Below are positions 34,014-42,082 of a stretch of DNA of 64,000 bases, in pieces. The translations under genes were made by a program, and so were the position numbers. Numbering within the stretch: position 1 is the stretch's first letter; the number at the start of each line of letters is the position of its first letter. The notes below the pieces were generated by a model that did not search any database, had not been told where the DNA came from, and was given only the letters and a program-made list of their open reading frames with translations. The stretch covers positions 864,001 to 928,000 of the forward strand of contig CAXXDV010000001.1 in the NCBI GenBank assembly GCA_963674745.2, given 5' to 3'. The DNA is from Desulfosudaceae bacterium. GTDB taxonomy: Bacteria; Desulfobacterota; Desulfobacteria; Desulfobacterales; Desulfosudaceae.

Positions 34014-35267
34014 ATGACAGCACTAAAACAGCAGCACCGCATGATTGAAAAGGCCTTACGGGAATATGCGGAAAAAGAAATTATGCCCCGGATTCCAGCC
34101 TTTGAAAGCGGTCAGGAACCGCCCTATGCGTTAATGCGCCGAATGATGACGGACATTCTCGGCGCCGACTGGATCAAGCAATCCCTGCTGAAACGGGTGG
34201 ACAAAATGGACCGGGGGGAATGGGACAAGAATAAATCCAAAGGGGCCATGGATATTATGGAAGGCATGGACCCCTTGATGGCATCGATCGTGATCAAGGA
34301 ACTGTCCCGGGTCAGCCCCGGGTTCTGCATGTCATGGGGTGCCGCTGTCGGACTTTGTGGCGCCAACATTCTGGACAAGGGAACAGCAGACCAGATCCGG
34401 CAATATGCCGTACCGGCGATTACCATGGAAAAAATCGGGGCCTGGGCGCTGACGGAACCCGAGGCGGGTTCAGACGCCCTGGGGTCAATGAAAACAACCG
34501 CCCGGAAAACCGGTGACGGTTATGTCCTAAACGGCAGCAAGACGTTCATTACCAACGCGCCTTTTGCCGATATTTTTGTCGTTTACGCCAAATTGGATCA
34601 GGGCCAACCCGAATCAGAACAAATTCCCCACGCTTTCATTGTTGAACGGGGCATGAAAGGACTTTCCACAGGTGCGCCCTTAAAGAAAATGGGGATGAAG
34701 GATTCGCCCACCGGAGAGGTGTTTCTGGATGATGTGCTTGTGCCGGCGGAGAATATTCTCGGTGGAAAAGAGCACCGGTCCGGACGCCGGGAAGTCAAAT
34801 CATCCCTGGGTACGGAACGTTCCGGGATCTGCCCCATGTGCCTGGGAATCATTGAAAAATGTTATGAACTGACGGTGCAGTATGCCAGAAAGCGTAAACA
34901 GTTCGGCCGCCCCATCGGTGAATTCCAGGCCGTTCAACTGCAGATCGCCAACATGTATATTCATCTGCAGAACTGCTGGGCCATCGTACTTCGCCTGGCT
35001 GAAATGGCCGCAACCGGGCAACAGGACATGGCTTATGTATGTGCGACCAAGGCCTATGCGGGCAAAGCAGCGGTGGAGGTGGCCCTGGACGCCATTCAGA
35101 TCCATGGCGGCTACGGTTACATGGAAGAATACCATATTGAAAAGCTCATGCGTGACGCCAAGCTTCTGGAAATCGGGGCCGGGACAACCCACATCAACCT
35201 GCTGACGGCGGCCCGACTGGAACTGGGGATAAAATCAACAGATAGCGGAAAAGGAGATGAAAAATGA
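34014..35267 (+). CDS. Acyl-CoA dehydrogenase
   Basis: ALTEPEAGSD, LNGSKTFITN, RKQFG, QIHGGYGY. Confidence 0.96.
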   Translation: MTALKQQHRMIEKALREYAEKEIMPRIPAFESGQEPPYALMRRMMTDILGADWIKQSLLKRVDKMDRGEWDKNKSKGAMDIMEGMDPLMASIVIKELSRVSPGFCMSWGAAVGLCGANILDKGTADQIRQYAVPAITMEKIGAWALTEPEAGSDALGSMKTTARKTGDGYVLNGSKTFITNAPFADIFVVYAKLDQGQPESEQIPHAFIVERGMKGLSTGAPLKKMGMKDSPTGEVFLDDVLVPAENILGGKEHRSGRREVKSSLGTERSGICPMCLGIIEKCYELTVQYARKRKQFGRPIGEFQAVQLQIANMYIHLQNCWAIVLRLAEMAATGQQDMAYVCATKAYAGKAAVEVALDAIQIHGGYGYMEEYHIEKLMRDAKLLEIGAGTTHINLLTAARLELGIKSTDSGKGDEK

Positions 35268-36172
35268 CAGACATCAGGTTTGATGGCAGAGTAGCGATTG
35301 TAACCGGCGCCGGTGCCGGACTGGGCAGGACTTACGCCCTGGCCCTGGCCGAGCGGGGCGCCAGGGTGGTGGTCAATGATTTAGGCGGGTCCCGGGACGG
35401 CACCGGCGCCAGCACCAGCGCGGCAGACGTCGTGGTTGACGAAATAAAAAAAGCCGGCGGAGAAGCGGCGGCCAACTATGATTCCGTGGCCACAAAAGAA
35501 GGCGGTGAAAACATCGTCAAAACAGCCGTGGACGCTTTTGGCAAAGTGGATATTGTCATCAATAACGCCGGTATCTTGCGGGATAAAAGCTTTGTCAAAA
35601 TGGGCGAGGATGAGTGGGACCTGGTTGTCGGCGTGCATTTAAAAGGGGCTTTTTGCGTCACCCAGCCGGCCTTTAAAATCATGCGTGAAAACGGCTATGG
35701 CCGGATCGTCAACACCACCTCCGGTGCCGGTCTTTACGGCAACTTCGGCCAGAGCAACTACTGCTCGGCCAAAATGGGCCTGGTCGGACTGATGAACAAC
35801 CTGGCCATCGAAGGCGCCAAATATGATATCAAATGCAATACCATCGCGCCGATTGCCGCTTCCAGGTTGACCGAAGATGTCATGCCGCCCAATTTGTTTG
35901 AAAAGCTGCAGCCTGAATTTATCACCCCGCTGGTACTTTACCTGGCCTCTGAGACCAACACGGAAACCAAAAAAATCTTTAACTGTGCGGCCGGATGGTT
36001 CAGCCGGGCGGAAGTGATTTGCGCGCCAGGCGCCATCATCGGCGATGGGAAAAGGGCCATCTCGCCCGAAGAAATTCAACAGAACTGGGAAAAAATCATG
36101 AGCATGGACGAAGCCAAACCGTTGGGGTCGGTGGCGGAATCCTTTGCTTTTCTGGGACCGCTGCTGTCATAA
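35264..36172 (+). CDS. SDR, MFE-2-type 3-hydroxyacyl-CoA dehydrogenase
   Basis: TGAGAGLG, VVNDLG, NNAGILRD, YCSAK. Confidence 0.92.
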   Translation: MTDIRFDGRVAIVTGAGAGLGRTYALALAERGARVVVNDLGGSRDGTGASTSAADVVVDEIKKAGGEAAANYDSVATKEGGENIVKTAVDAFGKVDIVINNAGILRDKSFVKMGEDEWDLVVGVHLKGAFCVTQPAFKIMRENGYGRIVNTTSGAGLYGNFGQSNYCSAKMGLVGLMNNLAIEGAKYDIKCNTIAPIAASRLTEDVMPPNLFEKLQPEFITPLVLYLASETNTETKKIFNCAAGWFSRAEVICAPGAIIGDGKRAISPEEIQQNWEKIMSMDEAKPLGSVAESFAFLGPLLS

Positions 36173-36194
36173 CCCGGAATTTAAGACTCAAACA

Positions 36195-36233
36195 GGCCTT
36201 TTGCGGGCGACCGGAAGACCGCCCGCAAAGGCC
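36195..36233 (+). terminator. GC-rich hairpin after SDR gene
   Basis: GGCCTTTTGCGGGCG...CGCCCGCAAAGGCC; no U-tract. Confidence 0.45.
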
Positions 36234-36281
36234 GCAGACACCTAAGAGACAACCGATTAATCATTAACCTGAGGAGGGGGG

Positions 36282-36533
36282 ATGAAAATATCCGTTTTTG
36301 GTTTGTCAATCATCTGGGGCGCTTTCTGGGGAATGGCCGCGTTTTACTGTGTATTTCTGTCTTTTCTGGGGTTTGAGACGCCCTATAAACTGGTATGCGA
36401 ACTTTGTTTCGGGTTGATTCCGCCCTCTTTGTTCGGCGCCATTGTAGCCAGTGCCTTCGGTTTTGCCATGGGCTTTGGTTCGGCGCTCTTCGGCGGCACG
36501 GTCTATAATTTTATTGCCGTGCTGACCGAATAA
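36282..36533 (+). CDS. Small membrane protein
   Basis: GAGGAGG RBS; two hydrophobic segments. Confidence 0.7.
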   Translation: MKISVFGLSIIWGAFWGMAAFYCVFLSFLGFETPYKLVCELCFGLIPPSLFGAIVASAFGFAMGFGSALFGGTVYNFIAVLTE

Positions 36534-36642
36534 GGGTTTCGTAAAAAGTCTGAATGCAGCCAGGCGGCTGGGGGCCAAGCGGCTGAGGGCCAGGCGGCGC
36601 CGGGTCCTTGAAAATTTCACGTACTTTTATGTACGCGCATCC

Positions 36643-37410
36643 TCAGAATTTGCCGTGACGCCCTTGGCCACCGGCAAAGCGCCCGGCCCCGGCAACCGTT
36701 TCACCGCTTTCGATGGTCTTTAAGCCCAGCCGGAATTCGTTTTGCATGGCACCTGAAAAATCAAGATCAAACTGTTCGTAGGCTGACCGGCGGTCACTGC
36801 GCATGCAGTTTTCCGGAAAAGCGGCGATCTGTTTGCCCAGATTCACCGCCTCGGTCAGGGCGGAACCGTCCGGCACGAGCCGGTTGGCCAGCCCCATGGA
36901 CAGGGCCTCCTCTGCTGGTATTGGCCGGCCGGTCAGAATCATGTCCAGGGCGCGGGAAAGGCCGATCAGCCGGGGAAGACGGACCGTACCGCCGTCAATG
37001 AGCGGTACGCCCCAGCGCCGGCAGAACACCCCGAACACGGCACTTTCTTCAACCACCCGCAGGTCACACATCAGGGCCAGTTCCAAACCACCGGCCACGG
37101 CGTAACCTGCCACGGCCGCGATTACCGGCTTTGAAAAGACCATGCGGGAAGGCCCCATGGGGCCGTCCCCATCCGGCGCCATTCGATTGATGGTATCCCC
37201 TCCCTGTGAAACGCTTTTCAAATCAGCGCCGGCGCAAAAATTACCGCCGGTGCCGGTCAGAACAGCCACTTTGGCCTCTTGATTATTTTCAAAATGTCGG
37301 AAAGCTTCGGCCAGAGCCTCGGCTGTCGGGCGATTGACCGCGTTTCTCACTTCGGGCCGGTTGATGGTGATGATGGTCACCGGCCCGTCGGTGTCAGTCA
37401 ATACCAGCAT
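36643..37410 (-). CDS. Enoyl-CoA hydratase/crotonase family protein
   Basis: NRPEVRNA, FCAGADL, AGGLELALMCD, RRWGVPLIDGG. Confidence 0.95.
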   Translation of the reverse strand: MLVLTDTDGPVTIITINRPEVRNAVNRPTAEALAEAFRHFENNQEAKVAVLTGTGGNFCAGADLKSVSQGGDTINRMAPDGDGPMGPSRMVFSKPVIAAVAGYAVAGGLELALMCDLRVVEESAVFGVFCRRWGVPLIDGGTVRLPRLIGLSRALDMILTGRPIPAEEALSMGLANRLVPDGSALTEAVNLGKQIAAFPENCMRSDRRSAYEQFDLDFSGAMQNEFRLGLKTIESGETVAGAGRFAGGQGRHGKF

Positions 37411-37479
37411 AATCAGTCCTTTTGCGCTTTTGGAGCAGTTTATTAAACCCGTTTTTTATTTTTCTTTGATTTTCATTAT

Positions 37480-37567
37480 CGCCAACGTCTGCGGTTAGCT
37501 GTGGCGCGGCTTGCCTGAGCGCAGCGAAAAGCAAGCCGTGGACATCAGCCACACCGCTTGGTTGGCC
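37480..37567 (-). other. attC of mazEF cassette (88 bp, unrelated to the other seven)
   Basis: Minus strand GGCCAAC...CGGCTTGC..GCAAGCCG...GTTGGCG immediately after mazF stop. Confidence 0.88.
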
Positions 37568-37569
37568 TA

Positions 37570-37905
37570 TTAATATATACAAGCATCTAATATTGACAGG
37601 ACTTCAGACAACAGTTCGTCGTTTCGTCGCTCGATACGCTTAACACGACGAGCACGGAAATCAACTGATTTTACTTGTTCAACCATGACGAAACCGGTCA
37701 ACTCGCTTGCCTTTGGAATTGGTACGTGAAAGGGAAAACCACGATCTGTATTTGTAATAGGACACACAATAGCCAAACCTGTGCTGCTATTGAACAGGTC
37801 CTTGCTGACAACTAGTGCCGGTCGACGCCCTTTTTGCTCATGACCAGCTTGCGGATCAAATGTAATCGCGATTAAGTCTCCCTGTTTGGGAATATAAGTC
37901 GCCAT
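37570..37905 (-). CDS. mazF: PemK/MazF family toxin
   Basis: FDPQAGHEQKGRRPALVVS, CPIT, EQVKSVD. Confidence 0.95.
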   Translation of the reverse strand: MATYIPKQGDLIAITFDPQAGHEQKGRRPALVVSKDLFNSSTGLAIVCPITNTDRGFPFHVPIPKASELTGFVMVEQVKSVDFRARRVKRIERRNDELLSEVLSILDACIY

Positions 37906-38154
37906 TTACCAGACCTCTTTACCGACTGGTTTTCCCCAATCGGTTTCTTTGGCTTGGTGTTCTTTGGGAATTTTCGCCACAAGATCCTTGAGTTCATATT
38001 TCCTGCGCACTCTTTGGGCTGGGGTGACGATTAAGGAACCATCTTTCACAGAAATATTGACGTTATCGCCCACATTGATTTGTGCGTCCGAAAGCAAGGC
38101 CTTTGTGATGCGAAGGCCTTGGCTATTTCCCCATTTTTGAATTTTTGCAAGCAT
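37906..38154 (-). CDS. mazE: AbrB/MazE family antitoxin
   Basis: KIQKWGNSQGLRI, DWGKPVGKEVW; AGGAGG RBS. Confidence 0.95.
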   Translation of the reverse strand: MLAKIQKWGNSQGLRITKALLSDAQINVGDNVNISVKDGSLIVTPAQRVRRKYELKDLVAKIPKEHQAKETDWGKPVGKEVW

Positions 38155-38168
38155 AAAGCCACCTCCTG

Positions 38169-38209
38169 ATGTATATCCAAAGTATATACATTAAATGTTT
38201 GATGGTCAA
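38169..38209 (-). promoter_or_regulatory. mazEF promoter and operator
   Basis: TTGACC (38209-38204)-17 bp-TATACT (38186-38181); inverted repeat ATGTATAT-N7-ATATACAT over the -10. Confidence 0.8.
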
Positions 38210-38220
38210 GCGTTTTTTCA

Positions 38221-38342
38221 GGCCAACGGCGGGCGCCGCCGGCGAGCAGGGGTTGCAGACTTCGCTAAAGTGAGTTTAACACCAAACTATGCCAAGACAA
38301 AAGCAGCCCGTCCGCGAGTCCGTGTGAGTGGCATTGATAATC
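38221..38342 (-). other. attC of vapBC cassette (family A, degenerate R'')
   Basis: R' GTTGGCC; body homologous to attCs at 39625, 40135, 41296; R'' position reads GATTATC. Confidence 0.8.
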
Positions 38343-38348
38343 ATTCAC

Positions 38349-38723
38349 TTATCTTTTTGGAAAATATTTTACTTTGCTCAAATCTTTGAAATCTGAATCT
38401 TGAGTCCATATCGTTGCGTTATATTCTTTTGCAGTTGCAATGATTATGCTATCAGCCATCGGAATGCCATTTTCCAAGCTTATTTTTGAGGCTGAAATAG
38501 CCAATGAACTCGTCAGGTCCACGACAGAACCTTTCCGCATCGCAACGACTGCCTGTAAGGCTTCATCCTCTCCAGATTCTCGAAGGACTACCTTAAAGAC
38601 CTCATAAATAGTTACTGTCGGGACAACAAGTGACGCCGTGTCTTTTAAGGGGGTGAGAAAGTGTTTAGCGTTTGGCTCATCAGCAAAATATGCAAGCCAA
38701 CCTGAAGAATCGACAATATTCAT
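38349..38723 (-). CDS. vapC: VapC family PIN-domain toxin
   Basis: IVDSS, YEVFK, MADSII, WTQDSDF acidic tetrad. Confidence 0.93.
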   Translation of the reverse strand: MNIVDSSGWLAYFADEPNAKHFLTPLKDTASLVVPTVTIYEVFKVVLRESGEDEALQAVVAMRKGSVVDLTSSLAISASKISLENGIPMADSIIIATAKEYNATIWTQDSDFKDLSKVKYFPKR

Positions 38724-38926
38724 ACTCTGTCTTCCTCTCGTTCGAATTCCGTGTTTATCCCCTTGATAAAGCCACGCAGCTCTTTAATGTCTTTTTCTGG
38801 AATAAGTTCAATTCGACCAATGTATTCAACTACTTGCATTTTTTGCCCAGGACGAATCTGTAGTGCCTGCCTGACTGATTTTGGTATAACAACTTGAAAC
38901 TTGGGTGATACGGTTACAGTTTGCAT
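38720..38926 (-). CDS. AbrB/SpoVT-type antitoxin (VapB)
   Basis: MQTVTVSPKFQVVIPKSVR from ATG 38926 with GGAGG; ATGA overlap with vapC. Confidence 0.9.
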   Translation of the reverse strand: MQTVTVSPKFQVVIPKSVRQALQIRPGQKMQVVEYIGRIELIPEKDIKELRGFIKGINTEFEREEDRV

Positions 38927-38957
38927 GATAAAACCTCCATCGATATTTTTTCGTAAT

Positions 38958-38986
38958 ACGATAGCACTATCGATACGGCTTGTCAA
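38958..38986 (-). promoter_or_regulatory. vapBC promoter and operator
   Basis: TTGACA-17 bp-TATCGT; palindrome CGATAG-CA-CTATCG at 38959-38972. Confidence 0.75.
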
Positions 38987-38998
38987 ATTCTTTCTGAT

Positions 38999-39344
38999 GG
39001 CTAACGAGTCTGTAGGAAAAGTCTATTTTCGATAAATTTTATCTTTTTTCAGAAAAACACCTTCGTAGAATATATTTTATACTAAAACATAAAATCCTTG
39101 CAAACCATCTATTTTAGATGGCTTCACAGAGATCATACAAAATCTTATATAACTTTCAGGTTTTCAAAAATTGGCGGCAAAACCCTATGTTTTACTCAAA
39201 TTTTACTTTTTCTACAGCCTCAACGTCTTCAGCCAATGGGCGCCAGGGCTTCCTCTGACTGTCTTAAAGATGGTTAATGTTCAGTTTCCCCAAAATGTTC
39301 AAAACTCGAGTGCCCTGGCTATCATTTGGGCTGCTTGGTTAAGT
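38999..39344 (-). other. attC (family B) split by a MITE at the R' triplet
   Basis: Removing 39006-39224 restores GGCTAAC-GTCTTCAGCC...GTTAAGT (127 bp), closely similar to attC 41957-42082. Confidence 0.88.
39006..39221. mobile_element. 216-bp non-autonomous IS derivative (MITE)
   Basis: 17-bp terminal inverted repeats GAGTCTGTAGGAAAAGT / ACTTTTTCTACAGCCTC (15/17), flanked by AAC direct repeats. Confidence 0.82.
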
Positions 39345-39630
39345 GCCCGCATTATTCAGAAAGACCTTAACGACAACATGGGCAAATAAAATAAAATGAT
39401 ATTTTTCTTTTTACGCTTTGTCCATCACGAACTTATGAAAACGGGTAGGTCTCTTTTCATCCGGACAAATAAAGGCGCATTATCATTCGGCCGCGCCAGT
39501 TCGAAAATAAAATTTATCTTTACTGGCCGAAAAATTCAACTTGGTGACAATTACCATTTTGGCAACGAATGTCGAATTCAGCCAAAATTCTTTTTTTTAT
39601 TTTTTTCCCGTACAGATTCAGTGCACTTAA
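39345..39630 (-). ncRNA. ORF-less cassette copy A (candidate structured RNA or DNA element)
   Basis: Bounded by attC cores, no ORF-track ORF in cassette direction, paralog at 42083-42365, conserved stems. Confidence 0.45.
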
Positions 39631-39746
39631 CGTCCGCCACCACCGGCGAGCAGGGTTTGCGGACTTCTTAAATGTTAGTTCAACACCACACTATGCCAAA
39701 ACTAAGGCAGCACGCCCCTGCGAGTCTGTGTGAGTGGCGTTGATGT
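39625..39746 (-). other. attC of TPR cassette (family A, apparent 2-bp deletion in R'')
   Basis: R' GTTAAGT; near-identical to 40135-40259; ACATCAACGCC instead of ACATAACAACGCC. Confidence 0.85.
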
Positions 39747-40118
39747 GAAATTTTTTATTGTTAATCCATTTTCCTCGAATAATGTATTATACAAGTCAAT
39801 CTTTCCGCCTTCTTTAATAAACCTTTCGATTTCATGATACATTTCATCTTTTCTGTTTAATGTAAATAGACAAAGGGACAAACAGAAAGACGCAATTTCT
39901 TTTTTGGGAAGAAGTTCTACAGCACGTTTTGCGTAAGGGATTGCGTTTTCGGAATCATTGAGTTCTGAATAATATAAAGTTGCTATCATTGACGCAGATA
40001 CACCGGATTTAGGGTACTTTTCAAGTATATGTTTAAATTCAATAATGGCTTCCTTTACTTTACCTTGGTTCTTTAAGTCAAAGGCGTGCTCATACATTTT
40101 TTCTTCTTCTGAATTCAT
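39702..40118 (-). CDS. Cassette TPR-repeat protein (reads through into attC)
   Basis: TPR-like helices EAIIEFKHILEKYP, NAIPYAKRAVELLP. Confidence 0.75.
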   Translation of the reverse strand: MNSEEEKMYEHAFDLKNQGKVKEAIIEFKHILEKYPKSGVSASMIATLYYSELNDSENAIPYAKRAVELLPKKEIASFCLSLCLFTLNRKDEMYHEIERFIKEGGKIDLYNTLFEENGLTIKNFTSTPLTQTRRGVLP

Positions 40119-40134
40119 ATGCTTAATCTATTAC

Positions 40135-40259
40135 ACATAACGTCCGCCACCACCGGCAAGCAGGGTTTACGGACTTCTTAAAATGTTAGTTCAACACCAC
40201 ACTATGCAAAAACAAAGGCAGCCCGCCCCTGCGAGTCTGTGTGGGTGGCGTTGTTATGT
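40135..40259 (-). other. attC (family A, 125 bp)
   Basis: R'' ACATAAC contains the ORF stop; R' GTTATGT. Confidence 0.92.
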
Positions 40260-40772
40260 GCCCAATAATTTAATCATATATATTAAAACAATGAGTTCTA
40301 ATAATGCGACAAAAGCACCGGCTATCACATGCGAGAATTTGACAAACCAATAAATATCGACCCGATCTGCCAGCCAGCCAATTCTGAACAAATATATTCC
40401 ATAAACTATTATTGCAGTTGGTAGGCCAAAGCTCCAGCGGAAACTACCTTCCGGAATACCTTGTAATACAAAAGTCACCAAGACTATTAAAGTAAAAGCT
40501 GCCAAAAATATGGCAAATAAAGCATGTATTCGAAAAATTTGCTTCACGAAACGTTGCTTGATTAATACATACAAACCACTGAGAAAGATCAGTAAACAAA
40601 AAGGGATATACCAAAATAAAGGTTGTACTTCGTCTAAAGAACCTTCATCGTAATAGATGGCAAACATTCCTCCAATTGCGAGCAAAAAGACAGTACCCGA
40701 ACATTTGACATTCAAGCGGAAAATATTTGCCAAGTCGACATTGTCATATTTTTCAACAAGGTGCGTAATCAC
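40254..40772 (-). CDS. Cassette hypothetical multi-pass membrane protein
   Basis: About 5 hydrophobic segments; AGGA RBS and GTG; fills the cassette. Confidence 0.75.
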   Translation of the reverse strand: MITHLVEKYDNVDLANIFRLNVKCSGTVFLLAIGGMFAIYYDEGSLDEVQPLFWYIPFCLLIFLSGLYVLIKQRFVKQIFRIHALFAIFLAAFTLIVLVTFVLQGIPEGSFRWSFGLPTAIIVYGIYLFRIGWLADRVDIYWFVKFSHVIAGAFVALLELIVLIYMIKLLGT

Positions 40773-40783
40773 TTACATCCTGC

Positions 40784-40911
40784 ACATAACGGCGGCCGCC
40801 AATGGGAGCCAGGGTTTCCACTGACTTGCCGTAAAGATGGTTAATGTTCATTCCCCTCAAAAGTGCAAAACCCGGGTGCCCTGGCGATCCTCTTGCGATG
40901 CCTTGTTATGT
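40784..40911 (-). other. attC (family B, 128 bp)
   Basis: ACATAAC...GCCAGGG/CCCTGGC stem...GTTATGT. Confidence 0.9.
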
Positions 40912-40933
40912 GTTTACGTTTTTTTTCTGTATC

Positions 40934-41263
40934 TTATGTCTCTTTATTCGAGGAATAGTTTTTAGTAACAATAATATTTATTATCAGCACGATAATTACA
41001 AAGACCGTAAAACAAAAATAAATTATAAACAAAGAAACAGAAGCTTTTTCGGAGATATCTTGCACTTTCGAAACATCTTTTAAGACCCCAATAATTTTTA
41101 TGGGGTCTGTTGTGTTATCAATCTCAGAACTTAAATCAGAAACTAAGGAGCTCGTCTGTGTACTTGGAAAACCCATAAGCACAAAAAAAAGAACTGATAT
41201 TGATACAATCAAACCGATAACATTGACACCAGATAGCCAAGATAGGTCTTTTCTTTTTTTCAC
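40934..41263 (-). CDS. Cassette hypothetical 2-TM protein
   Basis: GGAGG RBS, GTG start, two hydrophobic helices. Confidence 0.75.
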   Translation of the reverse strand: MKKRKDLSWLSGVNVIGLIVSISVLFFVLMGFPSTQTSSLVSDLSSEIDNTTDPIKIIGVLKDVSKVQDISEKASVSLFIIYFCFTVFVIIVLIINIIVTKNYSSNKET

Positions 41264-41295
41264 ATATTACCTCCGTACTTTCATAGCTGTGTGAC

Positions 41296-41419
41296 ACATA
41301 ACGTCTGCCACCACCGGCGAGCAGGGTTTACAGACTCAGCAAAAGTTCGTTCAACACCAAACTGTGCCAAAACCAAGGCCGCCCGCACCTGCGAGTCCGT
41401 GTGAGTGGCGTGGTTAGCA
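41296..41419 (-). other. attC (family A, 124 bp)
   Basis: R'' TGCTAAC 2 nt after the ORF stop; R' GTTATGT. Confidence 0.92.
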
Positions 41420-41421
41420 CG

Positions 41422-41943
41422 TTAATCAGTTAGCTTTCTTTTCAGAAATTCATATATCTTTGCATAATCCTTGTTCCCAAAATAAATCAAAATGCAAATG
41501 AGTGATACCATAAATATTATAAATACTATAAACCATTTATATAAAAGTATATGGCTGATAATCTGGGGTAACGAATTGAATTTAGAAAAGGCATCATTGA
41601 ATACTCCAAAAAGTAGAATCAATAAGAATAAGCATATAGCTATAAGCCAGTACCGTAACAGAAATGATAATGAAATTTTACCATTTAACGAAACCTTTCC
41701 ATCACGCTCATTGAATTTTCCAACGAATTGAGGCCTCAAAGGAGAGCCCAGAAACCATCGATAATAATAAATAATCACATTATCTTTTTTGATTTTTCCG
41801 ACAAAATTGTTCTGAAAGATCGTGTTGAAATGATTTGTCTCTGTTCCCATCTGAAGTGTTGCTATTGAACTTTTTAAATCATAAGCACTTGTAATATCAA
41901 CATCTTGCTTCTTCCAAAAAATCATTTTAATTATTCTTATCAT
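41422..41943 (-). CDS. Cassette hypothetical membrane protein (soluble N-terminus + 2 TM)
   Basis: ORF fills the cassette between two attCs. Confidence 0.75.
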   Translation of the reverse strand: MIRIIKMIFWKKQDVDITSAYDLKSSIATLQMGTETNHFNTIFQNNFVGKIKKDNVIIYYYRWFLGSPLRPQFVGKFNERDGKVSLNGKISLSFLLRYWLIAICLFLLILLFGVFNDAFSKFNSLPQIISHILLYKWFIVFIIFMVSLICILIYFGNKDYAKIYEFLKRKLTD

Positions 41944-41956
41944 TTTTCAGAGTGCG

Positions 41957-42082
41957 TGCTAACGTCTGCAGCCAAAGTAGCCAGGGCTTCCAGTGACTGA
42001 CTTTAAGGTGGTTGATGTTCAATTTCCCCCGAATGTTCAAAAGCCGAATGCCCTGGCTATCATTTGGGCTGCTTGGTTAAGT
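41957..42082 (-). other. attC (family B, 126 bp)
   Basis: R'' ACTTAAC; R' GTTAGCA. Confidence 0.92.

Noticed and set aside
39171..39389. 72-aa ORF as a transposase remnant
   Set aside because: Spans the MITE end and the attC; no recognisable transposase motif
41267..41284. Mini-ORF MKVRR* upstream of the 109-aa cassette gene
   Set aside because: Five codons overlapping the RBS with no SD of its own; probably chance
37480..42082. Recurrent ~125-bp repeats as a CRISPR array
   Set aside because: Repeats are too long, the intervening units are whole genes, no cas genes are present, and the ends fit attC boxes
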